Positions 42,013-52,388 of a DNA stretch of 64,000 nt are shown here, one piece after another. Each line of letters begins with the position of its first letter. The stretch's first letter is position 1. Source of the DNA: Thermomicrobiales bacterium (GTDB lineage Bacteria; Chloroflexota; Chloroflexia; Thermomicrobiales; UBA6265). Position numbers and translations under genes: made by a program. Where the stretch lies: NCBI GenBank assembly GCA_965218235.1, contig OZ244595.1:14083-78082 (forward strand), written 5' to 3'. The notes below the pieces were generated by a model. It did not search any database. It saw only the letters and a program-made list of their open reading frames with translations, and had not been told where the DNA came from.

Positions 42013-45000
42013 ATGCCCCGATCCCGATCCGTCCGTTCCCTCCGCGTTCCCCGGTCCGCCCCGGACGAAGCATCCGAGCCAGTCGTTCCGGCGGAGAACC
42101 ATCCGCCGGTCGCGCCATCGGGCGAATCACGGGACGAGCCGATCCTTGCCGCGGAACCTCTCCGCCCAGACGAACCCCTTTCCCCTGAGCGCGGTTCCAG
42201 TCCATCCGCCCCGCCGAATACTGACTCCGAAGACGATGATGACCAGCCGCTGCGGCCGGGCCTCGCACCGCAGCGGGACGAGTTCAACGCCGTGCCCCTC
42301 CGGAAGCAGTATCTGGCGGTCAAGCGCCGCTACCCGGACGCGATCGTCATGTTCCGGCTGGGCGACTTCTACGAGACCTTCGACGGCGACGCCGAGGTGC
42401 TGTCCCGGACGCTCGACGTCGTGCTGACCTCGCGGGAGATGGGCAAGGGGCTCCGCATCCCGATGTCGGGTGTTCCTCACCACGCCGCCGAGGGCTACAT
42501 CGCCCGGCTGATTCAGGCGGGTTACAAGGTCGCGGTCTGCGAGCAGGTCGGCGATGTTCCGAAGCGCGGCCTCGTCGAGCGGGAAGTTACCCGCGTCGTG
42601 ACGCCCGGAACGGTAACGGACGAATCCCTGCTCGACGCCCGGAGCAACAACTACCTGGCGGCCGTGATCGCCGAAGGGCGACGGGCGGGTATCGCGATCG
42701 CCGATATCACGACCGGTGAGTTCGCCACGACGGACGTCACCGCCGATTCACCCGAGGAGGCGCTGCTCGCCATCGGCCGGGAACTGCTCCGGATCCAGCC
42801 GGCCGAGATCGTCGTCCCGGCCGGGGACATAGCTGCCTGGACGCCGGGAATCGAGCCGCGGGCGTGGCTGGGTGAGCGCTTCGCCCGGGAACGCGGGCTG
42901 TCTCCAACAGAGGCATGGCGGTGGCAGGACGACCGCGCCCGGACCGCCCTGGAGCAGCACTTCGCGGTCGATTCCCTGGACGGGTTCGGTTGCGCCGGAC
43001 GACCGCTCGCGATCCGGGCGGCGGGCGGGCTCCTGCACTATCTGCAGGACACCCAGCTGGCGGGTCTGCGGCAGATCACGACCCTGCGGACGTATCAGCT
43101 CGACGCCTACATGACGCTCGACGCCCAGACACGGCGCAACCTCGAACTGACCGAGAGCAGCCGGGGCGAGCGCCGCCACAGCCTGATTGCCGTACTCGAC
43201 CAGACCCGGACGCCGATGGGCTCGCGCCTCCTCCGCCGCTGGATCGGCCAGCCGCTGCTTGACTGCGCCGAACTGACCGTTCGCCAGGACGGCGTCCAGG
43301 CGCTGACCGACAATGCGATCCTGCGGGCGGAGTTACGCCAGGCTCTCGGAGCCGTTGGCGACATCGAGCGGCTCACCAACCGGGCCGTCACCGGCCTCGC
43401 CACCCCCCGCGACATCACTGGCCTGCGGACATCGCTGCGCGGCCTCGCCACGATCGGCGACCGGGCCGCAGCGATCCCCGGTGTCGGAGAGATTCCGGAC
43501 TGCTCCCCGACACTCGACCTGCTTGAGCGGGCAATTGCGGACGAGCCGGGGCAGGTGCTCGGCAAGGGTCAGGTCCTCCGGGCCGGCCACGCTCCGGAGA
43601 TCGACGAGTACCGCGACCGCTCTCGCGAGGCGCGGGACTTCATCGCCAACCTCGAGCGGGCGGAGCGCGACCGGACCGGCATCCGGACACTCAAGGTCGG
43701 CTACAACAAGGTCTTCGGCTACTACATCGAGATCACGACCGCCGCTCTGGCCAGCGCCGAGCGGGACGCGGCCAGGGCCAGCACCCGCGCCAGCTTCGCG
43801 GCCGGGATGCAGGGCGCCGTCGCCGAGACCACCGCATCCTTTCTCCCGAACGAGTACATCGCCCGGCAGACGCTCGCCAACGCGACGCGGTACTTCACGC
43901 CGAAGCTCAAGGAGTATGAGACCGTCGTCCTCACCGCCGAGGAGACGCTCGCGACGCTCGAGGCTGACGCCTTCCGCCGCGTCGTCGCCCAGGTCGCCGG
44001 CTCAGTCGATCGCCTGCTGAAAGCCGCCCGGACCATCGCCCTCGCCGATGTCCTCGCCTCGCTCGCCGAGGTGGCGGTTAGCCGGCGCTACGTCCGTCCG
44101 CGCCTGACGGACGGGACGGACATCACAATCAGTCAGGGGCGACACCCGGTCCTGGAGACCGTCCTGCCCGCCGGTGAGTACGTCCCGAACGATGTCCGGC
44201 TGGACGCGGCCGGCGCGAGCGGCGCCCAGATCGTGATCCTGACCGGGCCGAACATGGCCGGGAAGAGCTCGTATCTCCGCCAGGTCGCGCTGATCTGCCT
44301 GCTGGCCCAGATCGGCTCGTTCGTTCCAGCCGCCGAGGCGGAGATGGGGCTGGTCGACCGGATCTTCACCCGGATCGGCGCCCAGGACGACATCGCCACC
44401 GGGCAGAGCACGTTCATGGTCGAGATGCTGGAGACCGCCAACATCCTCAACCACGCCACCCGCCGCAGCCTCGTCGTGCTGGACGAGATCGGCCGGGGCA
44501 CCAGCACCTACGACGGGTTGGCGATCGCCCGGGCCATCGTGGAGTACATCCACAACGCTTCCCGGCTGGGCTGCCGGACGCTGTTCGCGACGCACTACCA
44601 CGAGCTGACCGAACTCGAGCGGGTCCTGCCCCGCATCCAGGCGGCCCGGATGGACGTCCTCGAGGACGGCGACCAGATCGTCTTCCTCCGCCAGGTCGTT
44701 CCGGGCGGGGCAGACCGTTCCTACGGGGTCCACGTCGCCCAGCTGGCCGGCATCCCGCGAGCGGTCATCCGCCGGGCCGAAGAGATCCTGCGGTCGCTGG
44801 AAGCGTCCGATCGGCCCAACAGTCAGATCGGGACCGGCGACGCTGATCCAGAGCCAGGCTCGACCGAGAAAAGCGGCGGAAGGAACGGTCGCCGGGCAGC
44901 CATGCGGCTCCCGTTGCCCGACGGCGCCGAACCGACCGACGGCACGTTCCAGCTGACGATGTTCGATGCCCCAAACCCGGTGCTGGACGCCTTGCGAGAA

Positions 45001-45081
45001 CTGGATGTCGACGGCATGACCCCGATCGAGGCGCTGACCCGTCTCTACGAGTTGCAGCGCCTTGCTCGCGACGGACGCTGA
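42013..45081 (+). CDS. mutS: DNA mismatch repair protein MutS
   Basis: FRLGDFYETF, TGPNMAGKS, STFMVEM, DEIGRGTST, FATHYHEL, SYGVHVA, C-terminal QLTMF clamp motif; start uncertain. Confidence 0.96.
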   Translation: MPRSRSVRSLRVPRSAPDEASEPVVPAENHPPVAPSGESRDEPILAAEPLRPDEPLSPERGSSPSAPPNTDSEDDDDQPLRPGLAPQRDEFNAVPLRKQYLAVKRRYPDAIVMFRLGDFYETFDGDAEVLSRTLDVVLTSREMGKGLRIPMSGVPHHAAEGYIARLIQAGYKVAVCEQVGDVPKRGLVEREVTRVVTPGTVTDESLLDARSNNYLAAVIAEGRRAGIAIADITTGEFATTDVTADSPEEALLAIGRELLRIQPAEIVVPAGDIAAWTPGIEPRAWLGERFARERGLSPTEAWRWQDDRARTALEQHFAVDSLDGFGCAGRPLAIRAAGGLLHYLQDTQLAGLRQITTLRTYQLDAYMTLDAQTRRNLELTESSRGERRHSLIAVLDQTRTPMGSRLLRRWIGQPLLDCAELTVRQDGVQALTDNAILRAELRQALGAVGDIERLTNRAVTGLATPRDITGLRTSLRGLATIGDRAAAIPGVGEIPDCSPTLDLLERAIADEPGQVLGKGQVLRAGHAPEIDEYRDRSREARDFIANLERAERDRTGIRTLKVGYNKVFGYYIEITTAALASAERDAARASTRASFAAGMQGAVAETTASFLPNEYIARQTLANATRYFTPKLKEYETVVLTAEETLATLEADAFRRVVAQVAGSVDRLLKAARTIALADVLASLAEVAVSRRYVRPRLTDGTDITISQGRHPVLETVLPAGEYVPNDVRLDAAGASGAQIVILTGPNMAGKSSYLRQVALICLLAQIGSFVPAAEAEMGLVDRIFTRIGAQDDIATGQSTFMVEMLETANILNHATRRSLVVLDEIGRGTSTYDGLAIARAIVEYIHNASRLGCRTLFATHYHELTELERVLPRIQAARMDVLEDGDQIVFLRQVVPGGADRSYGVHVAQLAGIPRAVIRRAEEILRSLEASDRPNSQIGTGDADPEPGSTEKSGGRNGRRAAMRLPLPDGAEPTDGTFQLTMFDAPNPVLDALRELDVDGMTPIEALTRLYELQRLARDGR

Positions 45082-45216
45082 CCGCAGGTTCGGTTGGTGA
45101 CGGCCGGTCATGGTCCAGAGGACGGGATCGCACGACTACGGGTACCATGGCGGACCAACGGCTTGTTCCGCTCGTGACCGGAGCGACGGTTCGCGGCGGT
45201 ATCCCGGAGTTGATCC

Positions 45217-47046
45217 ATGACCATCACCGAGCACCATGGCGGCGTCCCGCCCCGGACCGCCCTCCCCGTCGAGAAGACGTGGGATCTGGACGACATCTTC
45301 CCGAGCCAGGCAGCCTGGGAGGCGGCCTGCGACGCCGCCGACGCCCATATCCCAGTCGCGAAGCAGTACGAGGGGCACCTCGGCGACGATGCCGCGACGC
45401 TGCTCGCCGCCCTCCAGTTGCGGGACGAGCTCGTCCGCGATGTCGACCGGATCGGCGTCTATGCGTCGCTCCGCTTCAGCGAGGACGCTGGCAATGGCGC
45501 CAATGCCGCCCTCGCCTCCCGCGCCGGCGGTCTGGGCGCTCGCCTGGGGTCGGCCACGGCCTACGTCGACGCCGAGATCCTCTCGATCGACCCCGTGACG
45601 ATCGACCGCTTCTTCAGCGAGGATCCCGGTCTGGCGCCGTACCGGTTCGCGATCGACGACCTCATCCGGCAGAAGGCGCATGTCCGCTCGGCCGAGGTCG
45701 AGGCCGTTCTCGCCCAGGCGCGCGAGATCGCCGGAGCCCCATATCGGATCTCCTCGACGCTGACCGATACCGAGCTCCCGTTCGGATCGATCGTGGACGA
45801 GGACGGCAATACCGTCCCGCTCAGCCAGGGCAACGTCGAGCGCTACCTCGCCAGCCCTGACCCCGAGGTCCGCCGCACTGCCTGGACCGCCGCGGCGGAT
45901 GCGCACCTCGCCTTCGCCAACACGCTCGGCGAAGTCCTCCAGACGGGTGTCAAGAGCGACGTCTTCTACGCCCACGCCCACGGTTTCGACTCCTCACTGG
46001 AGGCGTCCCTGTCGCCCACCAATCTCCCGACCGATGTCTTCCACAACCTCATCGCGACGGTCCGCCGCAACTACCCGACCTGGCACCGCTTCTTCCGCGT
46101 CCGGAAGCAGCTCCTCGGGGTCGATCAGCTTCACCCCGGCGACCTGCACGCCCCGCTCGGCGACGGTGCCCCGAACATCAGCTGGGAGGATGGCGTCGCG
46201 ATGGTCCTCGACACGCTGGCGCCGATGGGCGAGGAGTACGTCGGGATCGTCCGGCGGGGGATCGCCGACCGCTGGGTCGACGTGCTGCCGAACCTGGGCA
46301 AGGGCAGCGGCGCTTTCTCCAGCGGCTCGTACGACACGATGCCGTACATCAGCATGAACTGGCACGACGACCTCGGCAGCGTCAGCACCCTCACTCACGA
46401 GCTCGGCCACTCGCTCCACAGCTACCACGTCAACCGTGCCCAGCCGATCGCCTACGCGGGCTACTCGATGTCCTCGGCCGAGACGGCCAGCAACTTCCAT
46501 CAGGCGCTGATGGGGACGTATCTGCTCGAGCGCCACACCGAACGAGAGTGGCTCCTCGCCATCCTCGAGGAGCGGATGGCCAACCACTTCCGCTACTTCT
46601 TCATCATGCCGATCCTGGCCCAGTTCGAGCTCTGGACGCACGGCGAGATCGAGGCCGGCCGCGCCCTGACCGCCGACAGCATGAACGACCAGTTGGCCGA
46701 CCTCTACGCCGAGGGCTACGGGGGCGAGGTCGAGATGGACGGCGAGGACCGTCGCCGGGTCGGTGTGACGTGGGCCCAGTTCCCGCACCTGTTCATGAAC
46801 TTCTACGTCTTCCAGTACGCCGTCGGCATCAGCGCCGCCGCCGCCCTGGCCCAGCAGGTCCTCGCCGGCGGCGAGCCAGTCGTCAACCGCTACCGCGACT
46901 TCCTCCGCGAGGGCGGCTCGTCGTACCCGATCGACCAGCTCCGGACCGCCGGCATCGACATGAGTACCCCGGACCCCGTCCAGGCCGCCTTCGACATCCT
47001 CTCTGGTTATGTCGATCGGCTGGAGGAGCTGGCAAAGGACGCGTAG
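45217..47046 (+). CDS. pepF: oligoendopeptidase F (M3B)
   Basis: TWDLDDIF, GKGSGAFS, HELGHSLH, AETAS, HLFMNFYVFQYA. Confidence 0.93.
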   Translation: MTITEHHGGVPPRTALPVEKTWDLDDIFPSQAAWEAACDAADAHIPVAKQYEGHLGDDAATLLAALQLRDELVRDVDRIGVYASLRFSEDAGNGANAALASRAGGLGARLGSATAYVDAEILSIDPVTIDRFFSEDPGLAPYRFAIDDLIRQKAHVRSAEVEAVLAQAREIAGAPYRISSTLTDTELPFGSIVDEDGNTVPLSQGNVERYLASPDPEVRRTAWTAAADAHLAFANTLGEVLQTGVKSDVFYAHAHGFDSSLEASLSPTNLPTDVFHNLIATVRRNYPTWHRFFRVRKQLLGVDQLHPGDLHAPLGDGAPNISWEDGVAMVLDTLAPMGEEYVGIVRRGIADRWVDVLPNLGKGSGAFSSGSYDTMPYISMNWHDDLGSVSTLTHELGHSLHSYHVNRAQPIAYAGYSMSSAETASNFHQALMGTYLLERHTEREWLLAILEERMANHFRYFFIMPILAQFELWTHGEIEAGRALTADSMNDQLADLYAEGYGGEVEMDGEDRRRVGVTWAQFPHLFMNFYVFQYAVGISAAAALAQQVLAGGEPVVNRYRDFLREGGSSYPIDQLRTAGIDMSTPDPVQAAFDILSGYVDRLEELAKDA

Positions 47047-47080
47047 CAACTCACCTTCGGAAGTCGAACTCGATGACGAT

Positions 47081-47111
47081 GATGGCCGCCGGAAACGCTC
47101 CGGCGGCCATC
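47081..47111 (+). terminator. terminator-like hairpin
   Basis: GATGGCCGCCGGA...TCCGGCGGCCATC followed by a pyrimidine-rich run. Confidence 0.65.
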
Positions 47112-47171
47112 CTCTCTGTAATCACTGCTGCTACGCTATCATCATCGCGGCGTGCGAACAGGGAGGTCAGA

Positions 47172-47765
47172 ATGGTCGCTAATGCTCGTCCGTCCACCAT
47201 TGAAGATCTGGACAGGATTCCGGATGACGGCAACCGCTATGAGCTTCTCAACGGAGTCATCTCGATGGCCGACGCGCCAACCTACCGGCATCAGATCACC
47301 TCTCGGACCGTCTTTCGCCTGATCGATCGATGGGTGGATGAGCGTGATCTCGGAGACACGATCTTCGCGCCGGTGGACGTCGTGCTCGACGGCCAGAACT
47401 CCCTCCAACCGGACATCCTCTACATCGATGAGCAACACCCGAAGATGGTCCGGGGAGCGAAGGTCTACGGTGCACCCCAACTCATCGTCGAAGTGATCTC
47501 ACCGGGGAGCAGGAGCCGCGACTCGGTCGAGAAACCGATGCGGTACGCGCTCGCCGGCGCGATGGAATACTGGCTGGTCGACTCTGAGCTGGAGACCATC
47601 GCGGTCTTTGCCCTGGTCGGGAACGTCTACGTGGAACGAGCAGCGGGTGACGATGGCGTAATAGAGTCGACGGTGTTGCCCGGTCTGACACTTTGCGCCG
47701 AGACGGTCTTTGCGACCGTGAACGACCGCTTGGGCAGGACGTTCCCGATTCGACCCGACGAATAG
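47172..47765 (+). CDS. Uma2 family (DUF820) PD-(D/E)xK nuclease-like protein
   Basis: RYELLNG, P...HQ, QPDILYI, LIVEVISPGS, EYWLVD, STVLPGL; GGAGG SD. Confidence 0.9.
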   Translation: MVANARPSTIEDLDRIPDDGNRYELLNGVISMADAPTYRHQITSRTVFRLIDRWVDERDLGDTIFAPVDVVLDGQNSLQPDILYIDEQHPKMVRGAKVYGAPQLIVEVISPGSRSRDSVEKPMRYALAGAMEYWLVDSELETIAVFALVGNVYVERAAGDDGVIESTVLPGLTLCAETVFATVNDRLGRTFPIRPDE

Positions 47766-47996
47766 GTGACGCGGTGGTCACGGATATCGCAAGAGATCCC
47801 TGATCGGCCTGTCGTCGAGGAAGCAGAACTGCCAGATCGTGCGATCGGGCTGGCCCTTTTTGTCAGCCTGGCTCAGTCACGTCACCGGACGGAGCGTGAG
47901 GACGCGGACCTGATACGGCCCAAAACGCCAGATCGATCGTACCGAAGTGCGTCGGGTCCCGACCGTTGAAGGCGACAAACGCGCATCGAGCAGGGA

Positions 47997-48280
47997 TCAA
48001 GCTGGAACCTGACGCAGGTCGATGACGTTGGCCAGCCGATGGGCCGCGTCCACGACATGGGCTCCGCGCACGAACGACCCACGTCCCGGAAGGACATCGA
48101 TCAGGCGGCGCTCGGCCAGCATCCGCGGGGGTTCCGGGACCATCGATCGCCTGAGTCCGTACGCTTCGGACGACATCCGTTCGGAAGGACGCAACTCGCC
48201 GGCGACAAACGCTCCGGACACGATGCGGTGCTCGAGCGTCGTGGCCAGCGCACTACGGGCCCGGATCACCACGCTCGTGT
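47997..48280 (-). pseudogene. GntR/FadR-family regulator remnant
   Basis: Degenerate wHTH (IVSG...PSER...YGLRRSMV...LID..PGRGSFV) ending in an early stop, with no ligand-binding domain. Confidence 0.65.
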
Positions 48281-48361
48281 TATCCCGTCCGACGGACCAA
48301 CCAGCGCCGTGAAGCCAACGCTGAGAAGTCACCCGGACCCGAAGGGCAATCACGCCGATGG

Positions 48362-49249
48362 CTACCGCTTGATACCGGTCAGGGCGACACCCTCGATGAT
48401 GTAGCGCTGGCCGATCAGGTACACGGTAAGGACCGGGATCACGGCGATGGTCGCCGCGGCCATCATCAGCGTCCAGTCGGTGATGTCGAGTCCCTTGAAC
48501 TGGTTGAGCAGCAGCGGAACGGTGTAGTTCTCCGGCGAGCTGAGGAAGATGTTGGCGGTGAACAGATTGTTCCACTGCCCGAGGAAGCTGAAGATGCCAA
48601 GTGCGGCAAGCGGCGCCTTGATCAGCGGCAGGACGATCTGCCAGTAGATCCGGAGCCGGTTGGCGCCGTCCAACACCGCCGACTCCTCGAGTTCCTGCGG
48701 CAACCCCTTGATGAACTGGCGGAGCAGGAACACGCCGAAGGCACTGAAGAGCGCGTTCGGGATGATGAGCGCCAGGAGATTGTCGACCAGCCCGAGGTTC
48801 CGCATGATCAGGTAGGTCGGGATGATCGTGACCTGCTGTGGGATCATCAGCGTCGCGAGGAAGATGATGAACAACTGGTTCCGGAACGGGAACTCGATCC
48901 GGGCGAAAGCGTAACCGGCCATCGAGCAGGTCAGCAACTGACTGCCGACGACGACGACGGCCACGATTGCGCTATTCAGGTACGCACGGCCGAAAGGGAG
49001 CGCGTCCCATGACTTCGGGTAGTTGTCCCAGTGGATCGGGTTCGGGAACCATGCCGGCGGGATCGTGAAGACCTGCCCGAAGTCCTTGACCGACGTCGAG
49101 AGCATCCACAGGAACGGGATGATCATCGTGAGCGCGCCAAGGATGAGGATCGCGTGCTTGACGATTTCGATGAGCCGACCCTGCGCCTTGCGGCTCGTCC
49201 GGTAGGAAGCGTGCCCGGTATGGTCCGACACCATGGGGGTACTTGCCAT
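48362..49249 (-). CDS. carbohydrate ABC transporter permease (MalG-type)
   Basis: PFLWMLSTS, AGYAFARIEF, LPQELEESAVLDGA (EAA loop), QRYIIEGV. Confidence 0.93.
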   Translation of the reverse strand: MASTPMVSDHTGHASYRTSRKAQGRLIEIVKHAILILGALTMIIPFLWMLSTSVKDFGQVFTIPPAWFPNPIHWDNYPKSWDALPFGRAYLNSAIVAVVVVGSQLLTCSMAGYAFARIEFPFRNQLFIIFLATLMIPQQVTIIPTYLIMRNLGLVDNLLALIIPNALFSAFGVFLLRQFIKGLPQELEESAVLDGANRLRIYWQIVLPLIKAPLAALGIFSFLGQWNNLFTANIFLSSPENYTVPLLLNQFKGLDITDWTLMMAAATIAVIPVLTVYLIGQRYIIEGVALTGIKR

Positions 49250-49350
49250 GTTGGTAGGCTCCCGTCTCCGTGAGATCGTGGTTGACGGTCGACGGCGATC
49301 GTCGCCCGGTCACGTGCCGATCAGACGCTGCCCAATCGGTCGTTGCTCGT

Positions 49351-49488
49351 TCAGTCGTCGTAATGCCCCCAGCGGCGTTGTCCCCAGAACTGGAACAGCG
49401 TCACCAGCAGGATGATGACGAACAGGATCATCGCGACCGCCGCGCTTCGGCCGAACGTGAAGTCGACGAACGCGGTCTCGTAGATGTA
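49351..49488 (-). pseudogene. 3' fragment of a MalF-type sugar ABC permease
   Basis: YIYETAFVDFTFGRSAAVAMILFVIILLVTLFQFWGQRRWGHYDD*, with no in-frame upstream gene. Confidence 0.8.
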
Positions 49489-49739
49489 TCTGTCACTTCT
49501 CAACTCCGGGCTCGTACGATGGACCACCTCGTCGCACCGTGCGTTTCCGCGGCTTTCGGCCAGTCCCCGATCTGGTTCGGGTGCGCCGAACTCTCACCGA
49601 AACCGCTCTTGCGGCACGAGTCGCGCGCGCCTGTTTCCCGAGCGGTACCATCAAGCGTCGGGTCACCGGGAACGGTCGTCAGGCGGCGGCCAATTCCTCG
49701 GGATCGATCCGGACACATTCCCAGGGAAGAGGATCACCG

Positions 49740-50765
49740 ATGCGTATCATCCAGGTCGGCGTCGGCAAGATGGGGCGGACCTGGTCACGGGTCCTGCGCT
49801 CCGCGCCCGGCATCGAGTACGTCGCGGTGGTGGAACCCGCTCCGGCCAACCGCGACTTCGCCATGTCCGAGCTGGGTTTCAGCGAAGCTGACTGCCTGCC
49901 ATCGATCGACGACGCGCTGGCCCGGTATGACTGGGATGCCGCCGTCGTCGTGACCCCACCCGCGACGCACCGGCCGATCGCGGAGACGCTGCTCCGTGGC
50001 GGGAGGCATGTCCTGCTGGAGAAGCCGCTGGCGGCGACGCTCGAGGACGGTGAGGCGCTCGTCCGGATCGCCAACGAGACCGGCCGGATCCTGATGGTCG
50101 CCCAGAACTACCGCTACCGGCCGAACATCCAAGCCGTCCAGGCGGCGATCCGGAACGGCGAGATCGGCACGGTCCGCTCGGTTGCGATCCGGTTCCACCG
50201 CGACACCCGAAGCGTCTTCGGCCCCGGTGATTTTCGCTACAGCATGGCGGAGCCGCTGATCATCGACATGGCGGTCCACCACTTCGACATGCTGCGGGCG
50301 ATCACCGGCGAGGACGTGACCGAGCTCTACGGTCGAAGCTGGCACGTCCCCGGCGGCGTCTACGCGCACCATCCGGCGGCGACCGTGGTGATGACGCTGA
50401 CCAATGGCGCGACCGCCATCTACGACGGCAACTGGGCTGGCTTCGACACCGACACGTCGTGGGACGGTGAGTGGGACATCGTCGGGGACACCGGCCGGAT
50501 CCGCTGGCGGACCGACGGCCAAGCCAATGTCGTCGACCTCCTGCCCTTCGACGGCACAGCCCGACGCCTGTCTCTCGATGACGGTCAGCCAGGAGATCAG
50601 GCCGGCCTCCTGGCCGACTTTGTCCGGGCGGTCGCGTCCAACGCACTGCCCCAGACCAGCGCCCAGGACAACATCCGCTCGCTGGCGATCGTCCTCGGCG
50701 CCGTCGAGTCCTCCGCGACGCGCAAGGTCGTCCGGCTTCCTCAACCAGCAGTCGCGGTCAAGTAG
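49740..50765 (+). CDS. Gfo/Idh/MocA family oxidoreductase
   Basis: VGVGKMG, HVLLEKPLA, QNYRY, DMAVHHFD. Confidence 0.92.
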   Translation: MRIIQVGVGKMGRTWSRVLRSAPGIEYVAVVEPAPANRDFAMSELGFSEADCLPSIDDALARYDWDAAVVVTPPATHRPIAETLLRGGRHVLLEKPLAATLEDGEALVRIANETGRILMVAQNYRYRPNIQAVQAAIRNGEIGTVRSVAIRFHRDTRSVFGPGDFRYSMAEPLIIDMAVHHFDMLRAITGEDVTELYGRSWHVPGGVYAHHPAATVVMTLTNGATAIYDGNWAGFDTDTSWDGEWDIVGDTGRIRWRTDGQANVVDLLPFDGTARRLSLDDGQPGDQAGLLADFVRAVASNALPQTSAQDNIRSLAIVLGAVESSATRKVVRLPQPAVAVK

Positions 50766-50803
50766 CTCCGGACGGGCGAACGCGGACAAGTGACTTGGTC
50801 GGC

Positions 50804-51679
50804 CTACGTCAGAGGCGTAGCCGCCGTACCTCTGGCGATCTCATACGTCACCACGATCTGGGCGTAGACGCTGACGGCCGCTTCGGCCGTCGGGTCGTAC
50901 GGCGCCAGCGTGACAGACGCACCAGTCGGCAGGACCGGTACGGCCGGTCCGCAAGCGATCGAGAGCGGGAAGAACCCGCCATAGTACGGGGACCACGAGC
51001 CTGAGGGATCGACTGGGACGTCAGTAACTCCGGTGATCTCGCCTAGTTCAACGCCAACGATGTCGGCCTGGAGTTCTGCCCGGGTCCGCACATCGACCAG
51101 GGCTGCCTCCGCGGCCCTGCGGCGCAACGGAGCGCAATCGGTGACGCCATAGCTGACGCCCACCTGACCGATCACGAGGCGCTCATTCGCGGCTCCGACC
51201 GTTGCCGCATCGACGATTTCCGCGATCCGCTCCGCCGTCGGACTCTCGATGGAGACATCGATCCGGGCGACTCCTGGTCCGCTCGGACCGTAGTAGGAAC
51301 TCAAGACCGGACTGACGATGACATCGATGTCGCCCTCAGCCACCCCGGCGTCCGTCAGGGACGTGACGACCGATTCCGACTGCATGCGCTCCTCGGCGCC
51401 GGGAGTAGCGCCAGGTTGCAGGCCAGAGGGAGGTCCATAGTTCGTCTGGCTCACGATGATCTGTAGATCGGCGGTCTCAGCGGGGACGCTGGCGACACCG
51501 AACCCGCTGACGGTGATCCCCTGAGCCGGTGCATCAGCCGTCGGCTGTGCTGCCGCACCGAACGGACCACTCACTACACTGGCGAGGGCCAGCGCACCCG
51601 CCAGAGCAATACCTGCCAGCAGACGTCCAACGGACTGCTCCTCTACCCTTATCGCTGCAAATAGTCCTGACCTGTTCAT
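50804..51679 (-). CDS. SIMPL domain (DUF541) exported protein
   Basis: Signal peptide, ITVSGFGVASVPAETA, RAELQA...GVELGEI, terminal IVVTY. Confidence 0.8.
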   Translation of the reverse strand: MNRSGLFAAIRVEEQSVGRLLAGIALAGALALASVVSGPFGAAAQPTADAPAQGITVSGFGVASVPAETADLQIIVSQTNYGPPSGLQPGATPGAEERMQSESVVTSLTDAGVAEGDIDVIVSPVLSSYYGPSGPGVARIDVSIESPTAERIAEIVDAATVGAANERLVIGQVGVSYGVTDCAPLRRRAAEAALVDVRTRAELQADIVGVELGEITGVTDVPVDPSGSWSPYYGGFFPLSIACGPAVPVLPTGASVTLAPYDPTAEAAVSVYAQIVVTYEIARGTAATPLT

Positions 51680-51929
51680 GGGTCGGTCCTCCCCGATGCT
51701 CTGACCGTCCACGCCATCAGGACTCCCTGACGCCGCTGTCAGTACCATTGATCATAACGAAACGCCTCCCGAAACACAAGCACCGTGGAATCGTTGAGCC
51801 AGAGTAGCGGCCCGCCTCGCCTCGTTCTGGCGCGGGAAAGCGTGTGACAGCAGAGAACAGGAGACGCCGTTCACCTTTTCAGGCGAACGGCACTTCCTGT
51901 CTGGCGGACGCTCATGTTCGCCGGTACGG

Positions 51930-52364
51930 TCAACGCTGCTCGAGGTCGAGGGCCGCGCCGTTCATGCAGAATCGGAGGCCGCCGGCCGCCACCGGTCCGT
52001 CGTCGAAGACGTGACCGAGGTGGGAGTGGCAGCGGGCGCAGCGGGCCTCGGTGCGGGTCATCCCCAGCGAGCGGTCGACGTGCAACTCGACCGCATCGAG
52101 CGAGATCGCCTCGGTGAAGCTGGGCCAGCCACTGCCCGAGTGGAACTTGGTCCCACTGTCGAAGAGTTGGTTGCCACAGGCGGCACACCGATAGACCCCG
52201 CTCTCGTCCGTATCGAGATAGCGGCCGGTGAAGGGGCGCTCCGTGCCGGCCTGCCGGAGCACGCGGTACTCCTCCGGGCTCAGCCGCTCGCGCCACTCGG
52301 CGTCGCTGGCTGGGATCGGCTTCAGGTCAGCGTCAGTGTTGGTGCTCGTGTTTGTGTCCGTCAT
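51930..52364 (-). CDS. msrB: peptide methionine-R-sulfoxide reductase
   Basis: GTERPFTG, CxxC x2, SGWPSF, HLGHVF, RFCMN. Confidence 0.96.
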   Translation of the reverse strand: MTDTNTSTNTDADLKPIPASDAEWRERLSPEEYRVLRQAGTERPFTGRYLDTDESGVYRCAACGNQLFDSGTKFHSGSGWPSFTEAISLDAVELHVDRSLGMTRTEARCARCHSHLGHVFDDGPVAAGGLRFCMNGAALDLEQR

Positions 52365-52388
52365 CGTCGTTGGTTCTCCCTGCTTCCC

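Noticed and set aside
47172-47765. Uma2 nuclease as a possible defence or mobile system
   Set aside because: Stand-alone gene from a family commonly expanded in Chloroflexota; no partner genes or terminal repeats.
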